From a virus, in the IMG/VR virus record IMGVR_UViG_3300044984_003188: a stretch of DNA of 64,000 bases. One strand, written 5' to 3'. A program made the translations under genes and the position numbers. Numbering within the stretch: the first letter of the stretch is position 1; every line of letters starts with the position of its first letter. Under the pieces are notes generated by a model. The model was not told where the DNA came from and searched no databases. It saw nothing but the letters and a program-made list of their open reading frames with translations. Shown piece after piece: positions 38,935-49,150 of this stretch.

Positions 38935-39315
38935 GTGAGAAAACGCATGTTTGGTGTGTTTCTTGCACTAGGGCTATTATCGCCGATGATAGCCAATGCG
39001 CACGATCAACAACATACTGCGGTCAAAATCGTGAAATCTTATAAAGCTAAAGTTTCATGGTATAAGTACGGTCGTGTGACCGCTAATGGTGAAGAATTTA
39101 ATCCAAATAAATACACAGTAGCTCATCGAACTTTACCGTTCGGAACACTTGTTAGGTTCACTAATCTCGAAACAAATGCTAGATTAATAGCTAGGGTCAA
39201 TGACCGCGGTCCTTTTATTAAAGGTAGAGAATTTGATATGACTGTAAAATGTGCTTATGTTCTTGGTGTAAAAAAGAATGGTGTTGCAACTGTTAAAATA
39301 GAAATACTAGGGTAA
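38935..39315 (+). CDS. rlpA: RlpA-like (double-psi beta-barrel) lytic transglycosylase
   Basis: SWY, TANGE, AHRTLPFGT, RVNDRGPF. Confidence 0.9.
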   Translation: MRKRMFGVFLALGLLSPMIANAHDQQHTAVKIVKSYKAKVSWYKYGRVTANGEEFNPNKYTVAHRTLPFGTLVRFTNLETNARLIARVNDRGPFIKGREFDMTVKCAYVLGVKKNGVATVKIEILG

Positions 39316-39851
39316 TGATTTTAAAATGGTTAAAGGAAAAATTTATGGATGAAGCAACACGAGCCAAGTTAGGCGGTTTTCAGTGGTATACTAATGGAGT
39401 TGTAGATATTCGTGTCGATAAAGATGAAGTGGAAGAATTTCTGAAGAATAATTCTGATTATCGACGTGGGCGTAGTAATGCAAGACCTAAAAAGAAAGAA
39501 AATGTAATGGAACAAAAGCCTTATGACTATGAACAGGAACTAGTTGAGCAGGGATTAGGACCAAATTGGATCGAGCCGGGAAAAGAAAATACTATTACAG
39601 CTGGACCAATGCATGTAATGACTGTTGGATCAGTGGATCAATTCCTGAAGCTCTACTTAGTAGAGGGTGTTGTTCAGATGAGACCAAATCAGCCAGGTAG
39701 TGGAATGGCTCAATCCGATCAACGTAGAATTGTTTGGGCACACAGTGGTAATGAAGCAATTCAAAAGTTTTCAACGTATTTTTCAAGTTTAAATACATCA
39801 ACTGAAACTTATATTGTTGCATATGCATCTGTATCGGAAGAAATTCGATAA
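39315..39851 (+). CDS. hypothetical protein
   Basis: 178-aa ORF; WYTNG motif. Confidence 0.65.
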   Translation: MILKWLKEKFMDEATRAKLGGFQWYTNGVVDIRVDKDEVEEFLKNNSDYRRGRSNARPKKKENVMEQKPYDYEQELVEQGLGPNWIEPGKENTITAGPMHVMTVGSVDQFLKLYLVEGVVQMRPNQPGSGMAQSDQRRIVWAHSGNEAIQKFSTYFSSLNTSTETYIVAYASVSEEIR

Positions 39852-39992
39852 TGAAAAATTTATTTTACGGTAATTTTGAACAAATTATTGTTGATGAAAT
39901 GTTGAAAGAAAATCTTAATCCCTTAAATAAGGATGATATCAACTTTTTTTGGGCAAATAAATTACCAGAAGAAATGCAGGACACCTTACTTT

Positions 39993-40250
39993 ATGATAGT
40001 TGAACTATACACAAAAGCTAATTGCTCATATTGCTCTTTAGCTAAACAAATTCTTCTTAGTAATCAGATTCAATATACAGAAAATATGCTTGATCGGGAT
40101 TTTACTAAAGAGATTTTAAAAGAAAAATTTCCAACCGCTGTAACTTTTCCTGTAATAGTCCTTGACGGATATTTCATTGGCGGATATAATCAACTTAAGA
40201 TTATTATTGAAGAAAAAAATAATAATTCTCAACAACTATTAAATGAATAG
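39993..40250 (+). CDS. glutaredoxin
   Basis: CSYC, TFPVI, IGGY. Confidence 0.9.
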   Translation: MIVELYTKANCSYCSLAKQILLSNQIQYTENMLDRDFTKEILKEKFPTAVTFPVIVLDGYFIGGYNQLKIIIEEKNNNSQQLLNE

Positions 40251-40264
40251 TAAAAGGATATATA

Positions 40265-40534
40265 ATGTATACTCGTGATACTTTACTAAGAGACCTACGA
40301 CAGAGTATTCTAGATGTAACATTTACAAAGGTAAATGGCGAGGAACGTAAAATGCGTTGCACTCTAGTCCCATCACTACTACCAGAAACCTATCGTGCTA
40401 GTCTTGAAGAACAAACCGCTGAAAAGCAATTTCATCAAGTTAATCAAGATGTGATTGCATGTTGGGATCTAGAAAACAATGGCTGGCGTTCCTTCCGGAT
40501 TGATTCCGTCATTTATACACAAGCTATTCAATAG
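40265..40534 (+). CDS. SH3/WYL-like beta-barrel protein
   Basis: VTFTKVNGEERKMRCT...WDLENNGWRSFR. Confidence 0.85.
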   Translation: MYTRDTLLRDLRQSILDVTFTKVNGEERKMRCTLVPSLLPETYRASLEEQTAEKQFHQVNQDVIACWDLENNGWRSFRIDSVIYTQAIQ

Positions 40535-40552
40535 TTATTAAGGAATAAAATA

Positions 40553-40915
40553 ATGGGTAAATATTGGGGTTATCATTTTCATCTAGATGCTTCTGGTTGT
40601 GATCCAAAAGCAATTAAAACACGAAAAGTAATTAAGAATTTTATTACAGAACTAGTCCCTGCAATTGATATGATTCCGTATAAGGATCCAAAAATTGTCA
40701 AATTTGGTACGGATGATAAAGCTGGTTATACACTAGTTCAACTTATTGAAACTTCAAATATCTGCGCTCATTTTGTGGATGAAACAAATGCAGTTTATCT
40801 AGATGTATTTTCATGCAAGGAATATGATCCGCAAATTGTAGAAGATTTAGTGGTAAAATATTTTGGTGCTCAAAGGTTTAATAAATTCTTTATGCATCGT
40901 CAGGCGCCAGAATAA
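40553..40915 (+). CDS. speD: S-adenosylmethionine decarboxylase proenzyme-like
   Basis: GYH...D, IETSNICAH, YLDVFSCK. Confidence 0.85.
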   Translation: MGKYWGYHFHLDASGCDPKAIKTRKVIKNFITELVPAIDMIPYKDPKIVKFGTDDKAGYTLVQLIETSNICAHFVDETNAVYLDVFSCKEYDPQIVEDLVVKYFGAQRFNKFFMHRQAPE

Positions 40916-40925
40916 AGGTTAGTTA

Positions 40926-41930
40926 ATGACAGCTTTTGAAGAGAATGAAGTTTCACTAAAAGCAAATGGTGGGACAGAGATTGCTAAAAGAAAACTGGGA
41001 TCAATAATTGATCCCTCACTTCTAGATCATTTTCAAATTATAAGTTCTCGACCAAGAGAACTAGATGAGTCTAAGATAAGGGTTCTGTGGTTTCATGATC
41101 TACCAAATGACAATGAAATTGCAAAACTTCGTGAACCAGGATTTAGAGATAAATTCCATAAGTTTGTTTATATTTCAAATTGGCAAATGAGTCAATTTCA
41201 ACTATTCCATGGTATTCCATACGACAATAGATCAATTGTTCTAGAACATGGGATTGAACCAGCAGACCCACTAGCAAGATGGTCACATGGTGATGATAAA
41301 ATTCGGATTGTATATACTTCTACCCCACAAAGAGGTCTAGATATTCTAGTTGATGTTTTTGAACATCTAGCGCAAACTGATCTAGATATTCATTTAGACG
41401 TGTTTTCTAGCTTCAAGATTTATGGATGGGATGAAGCAGATAAACAATTTGAGCCACTATATGATAGAATTAGAAATCATCCTAATATGACCTACCATGG
41501 TTTTAAACCAAATGATGAATTAAAAAATCATCTAAACTCATGTGATATTTTTGCCTATCCATCTACTTGGATGGAAACTAGTTGTAGAGCAATGCTTGAA
41601 GCAATGTCGGCACAATTAGTATGTGTGCACCCAAATTACGGTGCTCTTCCGGATACATCTGGTTCTTTAAATTTAATGTATCAAGGTTCTTCGAATAGAT
41701 CAGAGCATGCTACAACCTTTGCGGCACATTTAAAAGGCGCCATTCAGTTTGTAAAAGATAAGAAGCACACTGATATTACCAGATTTAATAAAATCTATAT
41801 TGATAATAGGTATAATCTAGGTAGAATTAAATTTCAATGGGAAGTCATGCTAAAAGAATTGCTAGAAAAATATCCCACACCAGAAAGTAGAAAACTTATT
41901 AAACAGATGTTTGTTTATAAAACATCATGA
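40926..41930 (+). CDS. GT-B (GT4-like) glycosyltransferase
   Basis: GGTE, YTSTPQRGL, YPS.WMETSC...LEAM. Confidence 0.88.
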   Translation: MTAFEENEVSLKANGGTEIAKRKLGSIIDPSLLDHFQIISSRPRELDESKIRVLWFHDLPNDNEIAKLREPGFRDKFHKFVYISNWQMSQFQLFHGIPYDNRSIVLEHGIEPADPLARWSHGDDKIRIVYTSTPQRGLDILVDVFEHLAQTDLDIHLDVFSSFKIYGWDEADKQFEPLYDRIRNHPNMTYHGFKPNDELKNHLNSCDIFAYPSTWMETSCRAMLEAMSAQLVCVHPNYGALPDTSGSLNLMYQGSSNRSEHATTFAAHLKGAIQFVKDKKHTDITRFNKIYIDNRYNLGRIKFQWEVMLKELLEKYPTPESRKLIKQMFVYKTS

Positions 41931-41973
41931 CTAAAAATGTTGACAAACATCCTAATATGTGGTATTATAAACT

Positions 41974-42351
41974 ATGAATACCTCTAATAATGTTATCCTA
42001 TTCCCAACCAAAAATAACAAATACAATGGTCCGCAAACACTTGAAGAAGTGGATGAGACCATTGATTTGGTGAAACAGTTTCATATTCAAGAGACAATTG
42101 AGACTATTGTGCCGTCATTATTTGACCAACTAAATATTGCAGGGTTTCTTCCTGATGAAGATGATGAAGAAATCCTTAAACATTCGGCAATGGTGGTGGA
42201 ATCTATTAGATCACTACTTTGTATGGTTCGAGGGATCAATCATCCTCTCCAATTAATTGCTGATAATTTATTTGTTCAAACCGATGACGGTTTAGCTGTA
42301 TCCGATAAAGTTAAAATCATTATAACTCCAAAGGAAGGTAAGGGCGAATAG
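41974..42351 (+). CDS. hypothetical protein
   Basis: NVILFP start; promoter at 41941. Confidence 0.7.
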   Translation: MNTSNNVILFPTKNNKYNGPQTLEEVDETIDLVKQFHIQETIETIVPSLFDQLNIAGFLPDEDDEEILKHSAMVVESIRSLLCMVRGINHPLQLIADNLFVQTDDGLAVSDKVKIIITPKEGKGE

Positions 42352-42362
42352 CCCATTATATC

Positions 42363-43223
42363 ATGATCATCATAGATTTTTCCCAGGTTATGCTATCAAA
42401 TATTATGGTTCAGCTGGGCAATCATACAAATGCCCAAGTTGATGAAAACATGTGCCGCCATATGGTATTAAACTCTCTTCGGTTATATAAAACCAAGTTT
42501 GGTGCTGAATATGGTAAAATTGTAATTGCCTGTGATGCTACAAATTATTGGCGTCGTCAAGTCTTTCCGTATTATAAAGCTAATAGAAAGAAATCACAAG
42601 CTGCTTCCGAACTTGATTGGAAAGCTATCTTTGAGTGCCTGAATAAGATTCGTGATGAACTTTTAGAATATTTTCCATATGCTGTTGTTCGTGTTGATAC
42701 AGCAGAAGCGGATGATATTATTGCTACACTTTGTCATGAATATGGAAATACATCAGAAAAGCTTATGATTATTTCTGGTGATAAGGACTTTCAACAACTG
42801 CAGCACTATATGAACGTTCATCAATATAGTCCAGTTCTTAAAAAGTCAATTGTTTGTAATGATCCGGATAAGTTCCTTAAGGAACATATTATCAAAGGTG
42901 ATGCTGGTGATGGCGTGCCTAATTTTCTTTCACCAGATAATTCCTTTGTTCTGAGTATTCGCCAAAAGCCTGTAACACAAAAAAGGCTAGAAGAATATCT
43001 AAAAAAGACACCACATGAATTTTGTTGCACACTAGAACAACTGCGTAATTATAAGCGCAATGAGCAACTCATTGATCTATCTAAAATTCCTGTAGAAGTC
43101 TCTACAAAGATCATGGAGACCTACCATGATCAAGCGGCTAAAGCCTCATCTTCAAATTTAATGAACTATTTTATTGCTAATCGACTAAAGAATTTAATGG
43201 AGCATATTAATGAATTTATTTAA
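42363..43223 (+). CDS. rnh: T4 RNase H (5'-3' flap exonuclease)
   Basis: YWRR...YKANR, EADD, SGDKDF, GDAGDGVPN. Confidence 0.94.
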   Translation: MIIIDFSQVMLSNIMVQLGNHTNAQVDENMCRHMVLNSLRLYKTKFGAEYGKIVIACDATNYWRRQVFPYYKANRKKSQAASELDWKAIFECLNKIRDELLEYFPYAVVRVDTAEADDIIATLCHEYGNTSEKLMIISGDKDFQQLQHYMNVHQYSPVLKKSIVCNDPDKFLKEHIIKGDAGDGVPNFLSPDNSFVLSIRQKPVTQKRLEEYLKKTPHEFCCTLEQLRNYKRNEQLIDLSKIPVEVSTKIMETYHDQAAKASSSNLMNYFIANRLKNLMEHINEFI

Positions 43224-43235
43224 TGGAGACACTAA

Positions 43236-43649
43236 GTGAAACTAGGTGTCTCCGAAGTCCTCGAAGCAGCTTCCCAGATAACTGATAGAAATGAAAGAAT
43301 CAGATATCTACAAGTCAACAGTTCAGTTCCTTTGCATACGGTTTTTCAAGGAGCATTTGATCCCAAAATTAAGTGGCTTCTTCCGGAAGGTGCACCACCA
43401 TATAAACCAAATGATTTAGTGGATCAACAACATGTATTTTTTTCTGAATGTAGAAAAATGTATCTGTTTATTGAAGGTGGTAATAATGATCTAAAACCAC
43501 TCCGTCGAGAAGCATTATTTGTTCAGATGCTTGAACGTCTTGATCCAAAAGATGCTAAACTACTGTTGGCTATAAAAGATAAACATATCCCATATCCCGG
43601 GATTACCGAGGATGTTATTAAGGAGGCTTTTCCAGGTCTACTTCCATGA
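43236..43649 (+). CDS. conserved T4-like hypothetical protein (DUF6433-like)
   Basis: LPEGAPPY, RREALFVQMLE. Confidence 0.75.
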   Translation: MKLGVSEVLEAASQITDRNERIRYLQVNSSVPLHTVFQGAFDPKIKWLLPEGAPPYKPNDLVDQQHVFFSECRKMYLFIEGGNNDLKPLRREALFVQMLERLDPKDAKLLLAIKDKHIPYPGITEDVIKEAFPGLLP

Positions 43650-43818
43650 GTAAAAATAAGAAAAATTATATAGACCAGCTTGATGGTTATGATGAGGATG
43701 AATATCGTAAAAATGTTCTTAGGGATCAGGAACGTAGAAAAAATAAGCGACTTGCTAATGCACTTCGATCTAAAAATATCAAAGATTTAATGTATCTCGA
43801 AGAAGACGAGGAAGACTG

Positions 43819-44067
43819 ATGCCCACTTATCTTTTTAAAAATATAAATACCGACGAAGAGGTTGAACTCTTCATGTCAATAACAGAGAGGGACAAGTATC
43901 TAGAAGATAATCCAAATATCACACAACTTGTTCACGGTGCACCAAGTATAGGCGATCCAATTCGTCTGGGACTCCGTAAACCCGATGATGGCTTCAGAGA
44001 TCGCCTTAGAGAGATAAAGAAGCACCATAGTCGTGGTATATCCAAGAGTACCGTAAATACTTTTTAA
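43819..44067 (+). CDS. conserved hypothetical protein
   Basis: MPTYLF...YLEDNP...KPDDGF. Confidence 0.75.
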   Translation: MPTYLFKNINTDEEVELFMSITERDKYLEDNPNITQLVHGAPSIGDPIRLGLRKPDDGFRDRLREIKKHHSRGISKSTVNTF

Positions 44068-44097
44068 ATGCTCGTGAACCAAAAAAGGTTTCACTTA

Positions 44098-44841
44098 ATG
44101 TCAGCACCACCGAAAAAAAGACTATCTCGTAGAGAAAAAAGACAAAATAAAGAGAGCAATGGAGCAGTAGGAGATAAAATAAATTTTAATCTTCAGGAAG
44201 TTTTTCCTTTAACAGAGAATCAAAAACTAACGTTTAATTCTTATGATCAAGGAAAAAATTTAATGCTTCATGGTATTGCAGGTACTGGGAAAAGTTATAT
44301 TTCTATGTACCTAGCACTCAATCAAATACTCAGTGAAGATTCTCCTTATAAAAAATTATATATTGTAAGATCAGTTGTGCCTACAAGAGATATGGGATTT
44401 CTTCCTGGCAACAACAAAGAAAAATCTAAAGTATATGAAGCACCATATTATGCTATATGTTCAGAACTTTTTAAGCGTGGTGATGCTTATGATTATCTAA
44501 AACAAAAAAATATAATTGAATTTATATCAACCTCATTTATTAGAGGCATAACTCTAAACGATTGTATTATTATTTTAGATGAGATGCAAAATGCTTCTCT
44601 TCATGAATTAGATTCTGTTATTACACGTGTTGGTAAAAATTGTAAAATTATATTCTCTGGTGACTTTACCCAAAGTGATTTCACCAATGAAAAAGAAAGA
44701 AATGGTCTTCCACAATTTATGAAAATCATTCGTGGTATAAAAAGCTTTAAATTTGTTGAATTTAATAAGAATGATATTTTGAGGAGTGATTTAGTTCGTG
44801 ACTACATCATTGAAAAAGACAGACTTGGGATTGCCGCTTAA
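44098..44841 (+). CDS. phoH: PhoH-like ATPase
   Basis: GIAGTGKS, GFLPG, RGITL, DEMQN, GDFTQSD. Confidence 0.94.
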   Translation: MSAPPKKRLSRREKRQNKESNGAVGDKINFNLQEVFPLTENQKLTFNSYDQGKNLMLHGIAGTGKSYISMYLALNQILSEDSPYKKLYIVRSVVPTRDMGFLPGNNKEKSKVYEAPYYAICSELFKRGDAYDYLKQKNIIEFISTSFIRGITLNDCIIILDEMQNASLHELDSVITRVGKNCKIIFSGDFTQSDFTNEKERNGLPQFMKIIRGIKSFKFVEFNKNDILRSDLVRDYIIEKDRLGIAA

Positions 44842-45055
44842 TTGGCAATCAATTGAAGATTATAATCCTAAAGAACATGGATTTGTTGTAGTTGCAAATA
44901 AGCATAAAAAATGGATTAGATTTGGTAGATTATATCCTGGGTTAAATCGGTGGTACTATTCAGGTACCACCGAAAACGCTCAATATTCAGAAGGTCATAA
45001 TGATAGTGATAAACCTACACATTGGGCTCCAATGTTTAAAGCACCATGGGATTAA
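44831..45055 (+). CDS. hypothetical protein (DUF551-like)
   Basis: WQSIE...PTHWAP. Confidence 0.6.
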   Translation: MPLNWQSIEDYNPKEHGFVVVANKHKKWIRFGRLYPGLNRWYYSGTTENAQYSEGHNDSDKPTHWAPMFKAPWD

Positions 45056-45058
45056 ATA

Positions 45059-45697
45059 ATGTTCATTCATGAATTACTAAATCTAGCTACACTAGAGCGT
45101 ACTGAAAAAGACGGAAAGAGATACTACATCACACCAGATGGAGTATTTCCTTCCGTCACTACAGTATTAGGTGAAAAGTTAGATAAATCCGGATTAGAAC
45201 TCTGGAAAGCAAAAGTTGGTGTAGAAAAAGCCGAACAGATTTCCAGACAAGCAGCCACAAGAGGTTCTGCCGTACACAAACTTTGTGAAGACTACTTAAT
45301 GAATGACGTCATTGATTCTCGTAAAGTCATGCCATTTAATATGATGACCTTTAATACCATTAAGCCAATTCTTGATAAAAATATCAATAAAGTATATGGA
45401 GTTGAAGCGGCATTATATTCAAAGAAACTAAACACAGCTGGTACTTCAGATTTATTAGCAGAATATAATGGCGTAAATTCTATTGTAGATTTTAAGACTT
45501 CTAGAAAAGAGAAGAAAGAAGAGTGGATTCAAAACTATTTTCTACAAGCAACCATTTACTCTATGATGGCTGAAGAGTTGACCAATTTAAAGTTCCCGCA
45601 AATAGTCATTATTATATCAAATGATGACTATGAAGTTCAAACTTTTATAAAGAATCGAGATGACTATAAGGATAAAGTTCTAGAACTTTTCAACTAA
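45059..45697 (+). CDS. PD-(D/E)XK exonuclease
   Basis: PSVTTV, RGSAVH, AGTSD, DFKTS, Q...Y. Confidence 0.9.
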   Translation: MFIHELLNLATLERTEKDGKRYYITPDGVFPSVTTVLGEKLDKSGLELWKAKVGVEKAEQISRQAATRGSAVHKLCEDYLMNDVIDSRKVMPFNMMTFNTIKPILDKNINKVYGVEAALYSKKLNTAGTSDLLAEYNGVNSIVDFKTSRKEKKEEWIQNYFLQATIYSMMAEELTNLKFPQIVIIISNDDYEVQTFIKNRDDYKDKVLELFN

Positions 45698-45724
45698 AAA
45701 AAGGGGAAGCATTGCTTCCCCTTA
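45696..45724. terminator. bidirectional terminator
   Basis: AAGGGGAAGC-ATT-GCTTCCCCTT between convergent genes. Confidence 0.85.
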
Positions 45725-45997
45725 CTTGTTTAAGTTTCTTTTTAGTACTTCAAGTTCTTCCTTACTAAGTTTACTCATAGCGCTGTTTAACAATGTTTTC
45801 TCTGCTTCTTCTTTAGCTTTTTTAGATGCATTTAAAGTATATGATCCTTCATATAAGTCACGTGATTTGGGTATTTTTACACGTGGTCTTTTTGTATACT
45901 CATGATTAATCTTACTAGAATTGGATGCAGAAGTAGGCGCTATGCATCCACGATCTCTGCAATCCATTCTATCACAATCTTGACATTCATTGTACAC
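45722..45997 (-). CDS. hypothetical protein
   Basis: Cys-rich N-terminus; SKLSKEE C-terminus. Confidence 0.6.
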   Translation of the reverse strand: MYNECQDCDRMDCRDRGCIAPTSASNSSKINHEYTKRPRVKIPKSRDLYEGSYTLNASKKAKEEAEKTLLNSAMSKLSKEELEVLKRNLNK

Positions 45998-45999
45998 TT

Positions 46000-46296
46000 T
46001 TAATTCCTAATTTGATAATAAACTTCAAGTGAAATTTGATTCAAAAAAAATGGTGAGACATTATTTCGAATCTCAACCCTAAGACGTCTTGAAGAGTGAT
46101 TTTCAATTTCATCCCATACTTCATCATATATTTGATCATAGACTTGATTCCTGACTTGATGCCAGATTTGATTCCAGGCTTGATCACTGATTTGATTGTC
46201 GACTTGATTCCTGACTTGATGCCAGATTTGATTCCAGGCTTGATCACTGATTTGATCTTCGACTTGGCGCAAGACTTGATCCGAGACTCTATTCAT
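46000..46296 (-). CDS. QVxD tetrapeptide-repeat microprotein
   Basis: DQVLRQVEDQISDQAWNQIWHQVRNQV; internal 60-bp duplication 46141-46260. Confidence 0.75.
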   Translation of the reverse strand: MNRVSDQVLRQVEDQISDQAWNQIWHQVRNQVDNQISDQAWNQIWHQVRNQVYDQIYDEVWDEIENHSSRRLRVEIRNNVSPFFLNQISLEVYYQIRN

Positions 46297-46521
46297 TTAA
46301 ATTATCAATGGCGTTTGTCATGATGATGCCGACATCATTCTCGTTCATTTATTTCACCCTTTATAAGATGTGCAATCTGATTTTGGAATATAGACCAAGT
46401 TATATCATATGTTTTATCGGCGACATCACGCATACATCGTTGACTTACATTCATATATATTTTATTGCCAGCACTCATTAAAAGTTTAGTTTTAAGATTA
46501 TATTTAGCTCCAACCATAGGT

Positions 46522-47397
46522 TTAGTTTTTGCAGCAAGTGACAATGGCACGCTTCATCCAATTGGCATCATTCTTACGGCGAAGGATACCAATCTTAAGA
46601 GCCACACGGAGAGAGAGCTCACGGAGTCGGGTTGCATTCTTTTCGATGAAGTTGAGCACATCGGCCTGAGCAGTAGCATCCAGGCCGATATTCTGCAGCA
46701 GACCACCACGTACCACCTGACGGATACGGATGAGGTAGTCACGCTGATTCTTCATTGCCAGGTCGATATAATGAGCACGAGACACAAGAGCCGAAAGATG
46801 CGGCGCAAGCCGGGACCCACGGTCAATCATGGCGTCAAAATCGTAGTTGGTAATAAAGATCACGGTACCATCGAACTGAAAGCTCTTGGGCATGCGCTCG
46901 GCCGACTCATCGTCAATCAGCGTACCCTCGGTCATATACGAGATGATGCGCTTGTCGGTAGTGTCCAGAGCGGCCTTGAGCAGACCGATGGCAGTCTCGT
47001 CAAGGAACACATCGTCGGCATCGTCAAACACGAGCACCGAACCAGCAGTACGATGCTGATACAGCAGCTTGTAAAGTGCCGGAGCCTTGACGTAGCCCTT
47101 CACGATACGATGGGAGGTGGCATTGGGATCCCATGCCTCGAGCGCCTTCTCGACGGTGAACGACTTGCCGAGACCGGCAGGACCGGACACGATCAGCGCA
47201 CGAACGTCACCGTCGATGGCTGCATTTGCCATGTCGGAGAGGATTTCAAAACGGTCGTTGAGCTTCTGCTCAATTTCCTCGTCAGTCTCAACGATAACGG
47301 GCTCAGAGGGCTGAACCACGTTCATGATCTTGTCCATCTTGTCCGTCTTAGCGGTGCGGGTCTTACGGTAGCCATTTTTCGGAACGCCACGGGGCAT
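46522..47397 (-). CDS. AAA+/P-loop ATPase, early, GC-rich
   Basis: GPAGLGKS, VLVFDDAD, LKAALD, IFITN, ALVSR. Confidence 0.9.
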   Translation of the reverse strand: MPRGVPKNGYRKTRTAKTDKMDKIMNVVQPSEPVIVETDEEIEQKLNDRFEILSDMANAAIDGDVRALIVSGPAGLGKSFTVEKALEAWDPNATSHRIVKGYVKAPALYKLLYQHRTAGSVLVFDDADDVFLDETAIGLLKAALDTTDKRIISYMTEGTLIDDESAERMPKSFQFDGTVIFITNYDFDAMIDRGSRLAPHLSALVSRAHYIDLAMKNQRDYLIRIRQVVRGGLLQNIGLDATAQADVLNFIEKNATRLRELSLRVALKIGILRRKNDANWMKRAIVTCCKN

Positions 47398-47448
47398 GTC
47401 AGTGTCCTTTTGTGTATAAGCAAACCTTATCCCAGATTGGGATTAAAG

Positions 47449-47571
47449 TCAACCGTTATTTTCGATGGTGGAGAGGTATTCTTCGTATTCAGCAAGGTCG
47501 GCAGCGGTCGGCTCGTAAGCTTCCTCACAGGAAACCTCGAGGTCAAAATCGTCGGGATAGGATATGTTCAT
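47449..47571 (-). CDS. small acidic hypothetical protein
   Basis: MNISYPDDFDLEV; AAGG RBS; stop in next -35. Confidence 0.6.
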   Translation of the reverse strand: MNISYPDDFDLEVSCEEAYEPTAADLAEYEEYLSTIENNG

Positions 47572-47578
47572 TAACCTT

Positions 47579-47809
47579 TCAGTCATTCCAGATTGTGAGG
47601 GTGATGCAACCCATGCTCTGCTGATACAGCATAGCGCCGAGGTCGCCACCAGGTGTCATCTTAGCGCTTATACGGAGAAAGGGCTGCTTGTTACCCAGAG
47701 TGGTCCTGATGCTGTTGGGCCATTCACCCGGGCGCATGCGCAGCTCAGAGGCTTCAGCGCTGAAGCAGTGCACCTTGTGTTCGGTCACGTCGGAGGCGGT
47801 AATGATCAT
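47579..47809 (-). CDS. hypothetical early protein
   Basis: AEASEL motif; GAGG RBS; promoter 47835-47863. Confidence 0.7.
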   Translation of the reverse strand: MIITASDVTEHKVHCFSAEASELRMRPGEWPNSIRTTLGNKQPFLRISAKMTPGGDLGAMLYQQSMGCITLTIWND

Positions 47810-47865
47810 GTCTACCTCATTCATCATAGTCTCTTTATACCACCACCCAAGATAAAAGTCAATCC

Positions 47866-48247
47866 TAAGGATATCAATGGGTTAGCCAGGTAGACGCCTT
47901 AACCTATTGAAAAGATTATAAAAACTTTTTTCGGTGCACCAAAACTTTTTTCGATCGACCATCGGTCATGGACCTGCTCACCGCACTCAAGATGGTAAAA
48001 CCTAATCTTTTCAATAGGTTAGCAGTTTTATAAAAGTCAATGATATCAATGGGTTAGGTGCTCACGACGGTTCTCGGCAGTCTAAGCCACTGTGGATGGG
48101 TTATCATACCGCTAGGACCACCTAGCACGACTAGAGCACGGTTGCCATCCTAACCCATTGATATCATTAGGACTCAAACTTTTTTCAAAAAAATGCAATT
48201 TTTTTCCTCAATCATATCAATGACTTAAGCCTAACCCATTGACAAAG
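47866..48247. repeat. non-coding locus 2: seven IHF-like boxes around a 49-bp core
   Basis: Boxes near 47872, 47900, 48009, 48044, 48151, 48215, 48232; core 48082-48130. Confidence 0.85.
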
Positions 48248-48307
48248 CAGGGGTTTACTTTTATCTCATATGGGGTTATAAAGAGACTATGATGAAGGAA
48301 ACGAACA

Positions 48308-48552
48308 TGACCATCACGGTCTATGACCTCAGAAACAAATCTTTCTCACATGGTAACCTTGACTATAAAGTGTATGTGGTTATGGCCGATGGTAAAGAAC
48401 CCAAAGTTTATAGCAGTTACTTTAGAATCAACGCCATTCGTGTGCTTAAAGATCTTGGTCATGATGTAACTGAGATTGATATCTATACCAAGCGTGATGC
48501 TAAAAAAGCTCTCGGCAAAGATCTTTTTGACAAAATTTACAACCCTCGCTAA
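48308..48552 (+). CDS. hypothetical early protein
   Basis: Promoter 48253-48282; track ORF 48289-48552; start approximate. Confidence 0.6.
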
Positions 48553-48625
48553 ATTACCTATTGACTTTAATCTCAGATTAAGATATAAGTTAAGTCATAC
48601 CAACAACACCAACGAAAGACCTACA

Positions 48626-48850
48626 ATGACCGAATTTTCCGGCGACAAGGCCAAGACCAACGTGACCATGGCATCCGATGGGCGCTACCACACCTCCCGT
48701 GACAAGTACCGCAAGGGCGATCTGCGGAAGACCAATCTTGAGGAGTACGGCTCCACATCGTTCGGCACCGATGGGTACTACGACGGTGCTCCCGGCCGCA
48801 AGAAGCATAAGAAGTGGAGCCGGACGGAAAAGCCGTCCTATCTCGACTGA
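48626..48850 (+). CDS. hypothetical early protein
   Basis: Promoter TTGACTTTAATCTCAGATTAAGATATAAG at 48561. Confidence 0.65.
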   Translation: MTEFSGDKAKTNVTMASDGRYHTSRDKYRKGDLRKTNLEEYGSTSFGTDGYYDGAPGRKKHKKWSRTEKPSYLD

Positions 48851-48911
48851 GTGGGTTGACTTTAATTCCAGATTAAGATATAAGTTAAGTTATAACAAGG
48901 AGACTACCAAC

Positions 48912-49085
48912 ATGGATATCTCGACCGTTCTGTCCCGTATGTACGCCTTCGCCAAGACCACCAAGGACGATGTGGCCTCTAATGAGGTTGCCCGGGCCGC
49001 CGACCGTCTGGCGCACCAAGGGCCGTTTGAGGCTCAGCTGACCTCAGAGGAAGTCTCGGTGATTTCCCGCTTTGTCGGTGCATAA
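48912..49085 (+). CDS. hypothetical early protein
   Basis: Promoter at 48857; AGGAG RBS. Confidence 0.7.
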   Translation: MDISTVLSRMYAFAKTTKDDVASNEVARAADRLAHQGPFEAQLTSEEVSVISRFVGA

Positions 49086-49150
49086 GCCTATTGACTTTTT
49101 TCCATAACCTGGTATAATGGTTAGTGACCAAATAATGATGGTATAAGGTT

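Noticed and set aside
45059-45697. Cas4 as part of a CRISPR system
   Set aside because: Standard T4-like PD-(D/E)XK exonuclease after phoH; no Fe-S cysteines or array.
46041-46323. IKSG- and DLIP-repeat ORFs (also 51740-52135, 52890-52952, 53290-53496)
   Set aside because: Alternative-frame or antisense shadows of the same 12-bp repeat, without RBS or promoter support.
46465-47574. 369-aa plus-strand ORF
   Set aside because: Antisense shadow of the GC-rich AAA ATPase; crosses a minus-strand promoter and has no recognisable motifs.
6240-48247. The two non-coding loci as terminal repeats or an assembly duplication
   Set aside because: Only boxes and core are conserved; spacers and flanking genes differ.
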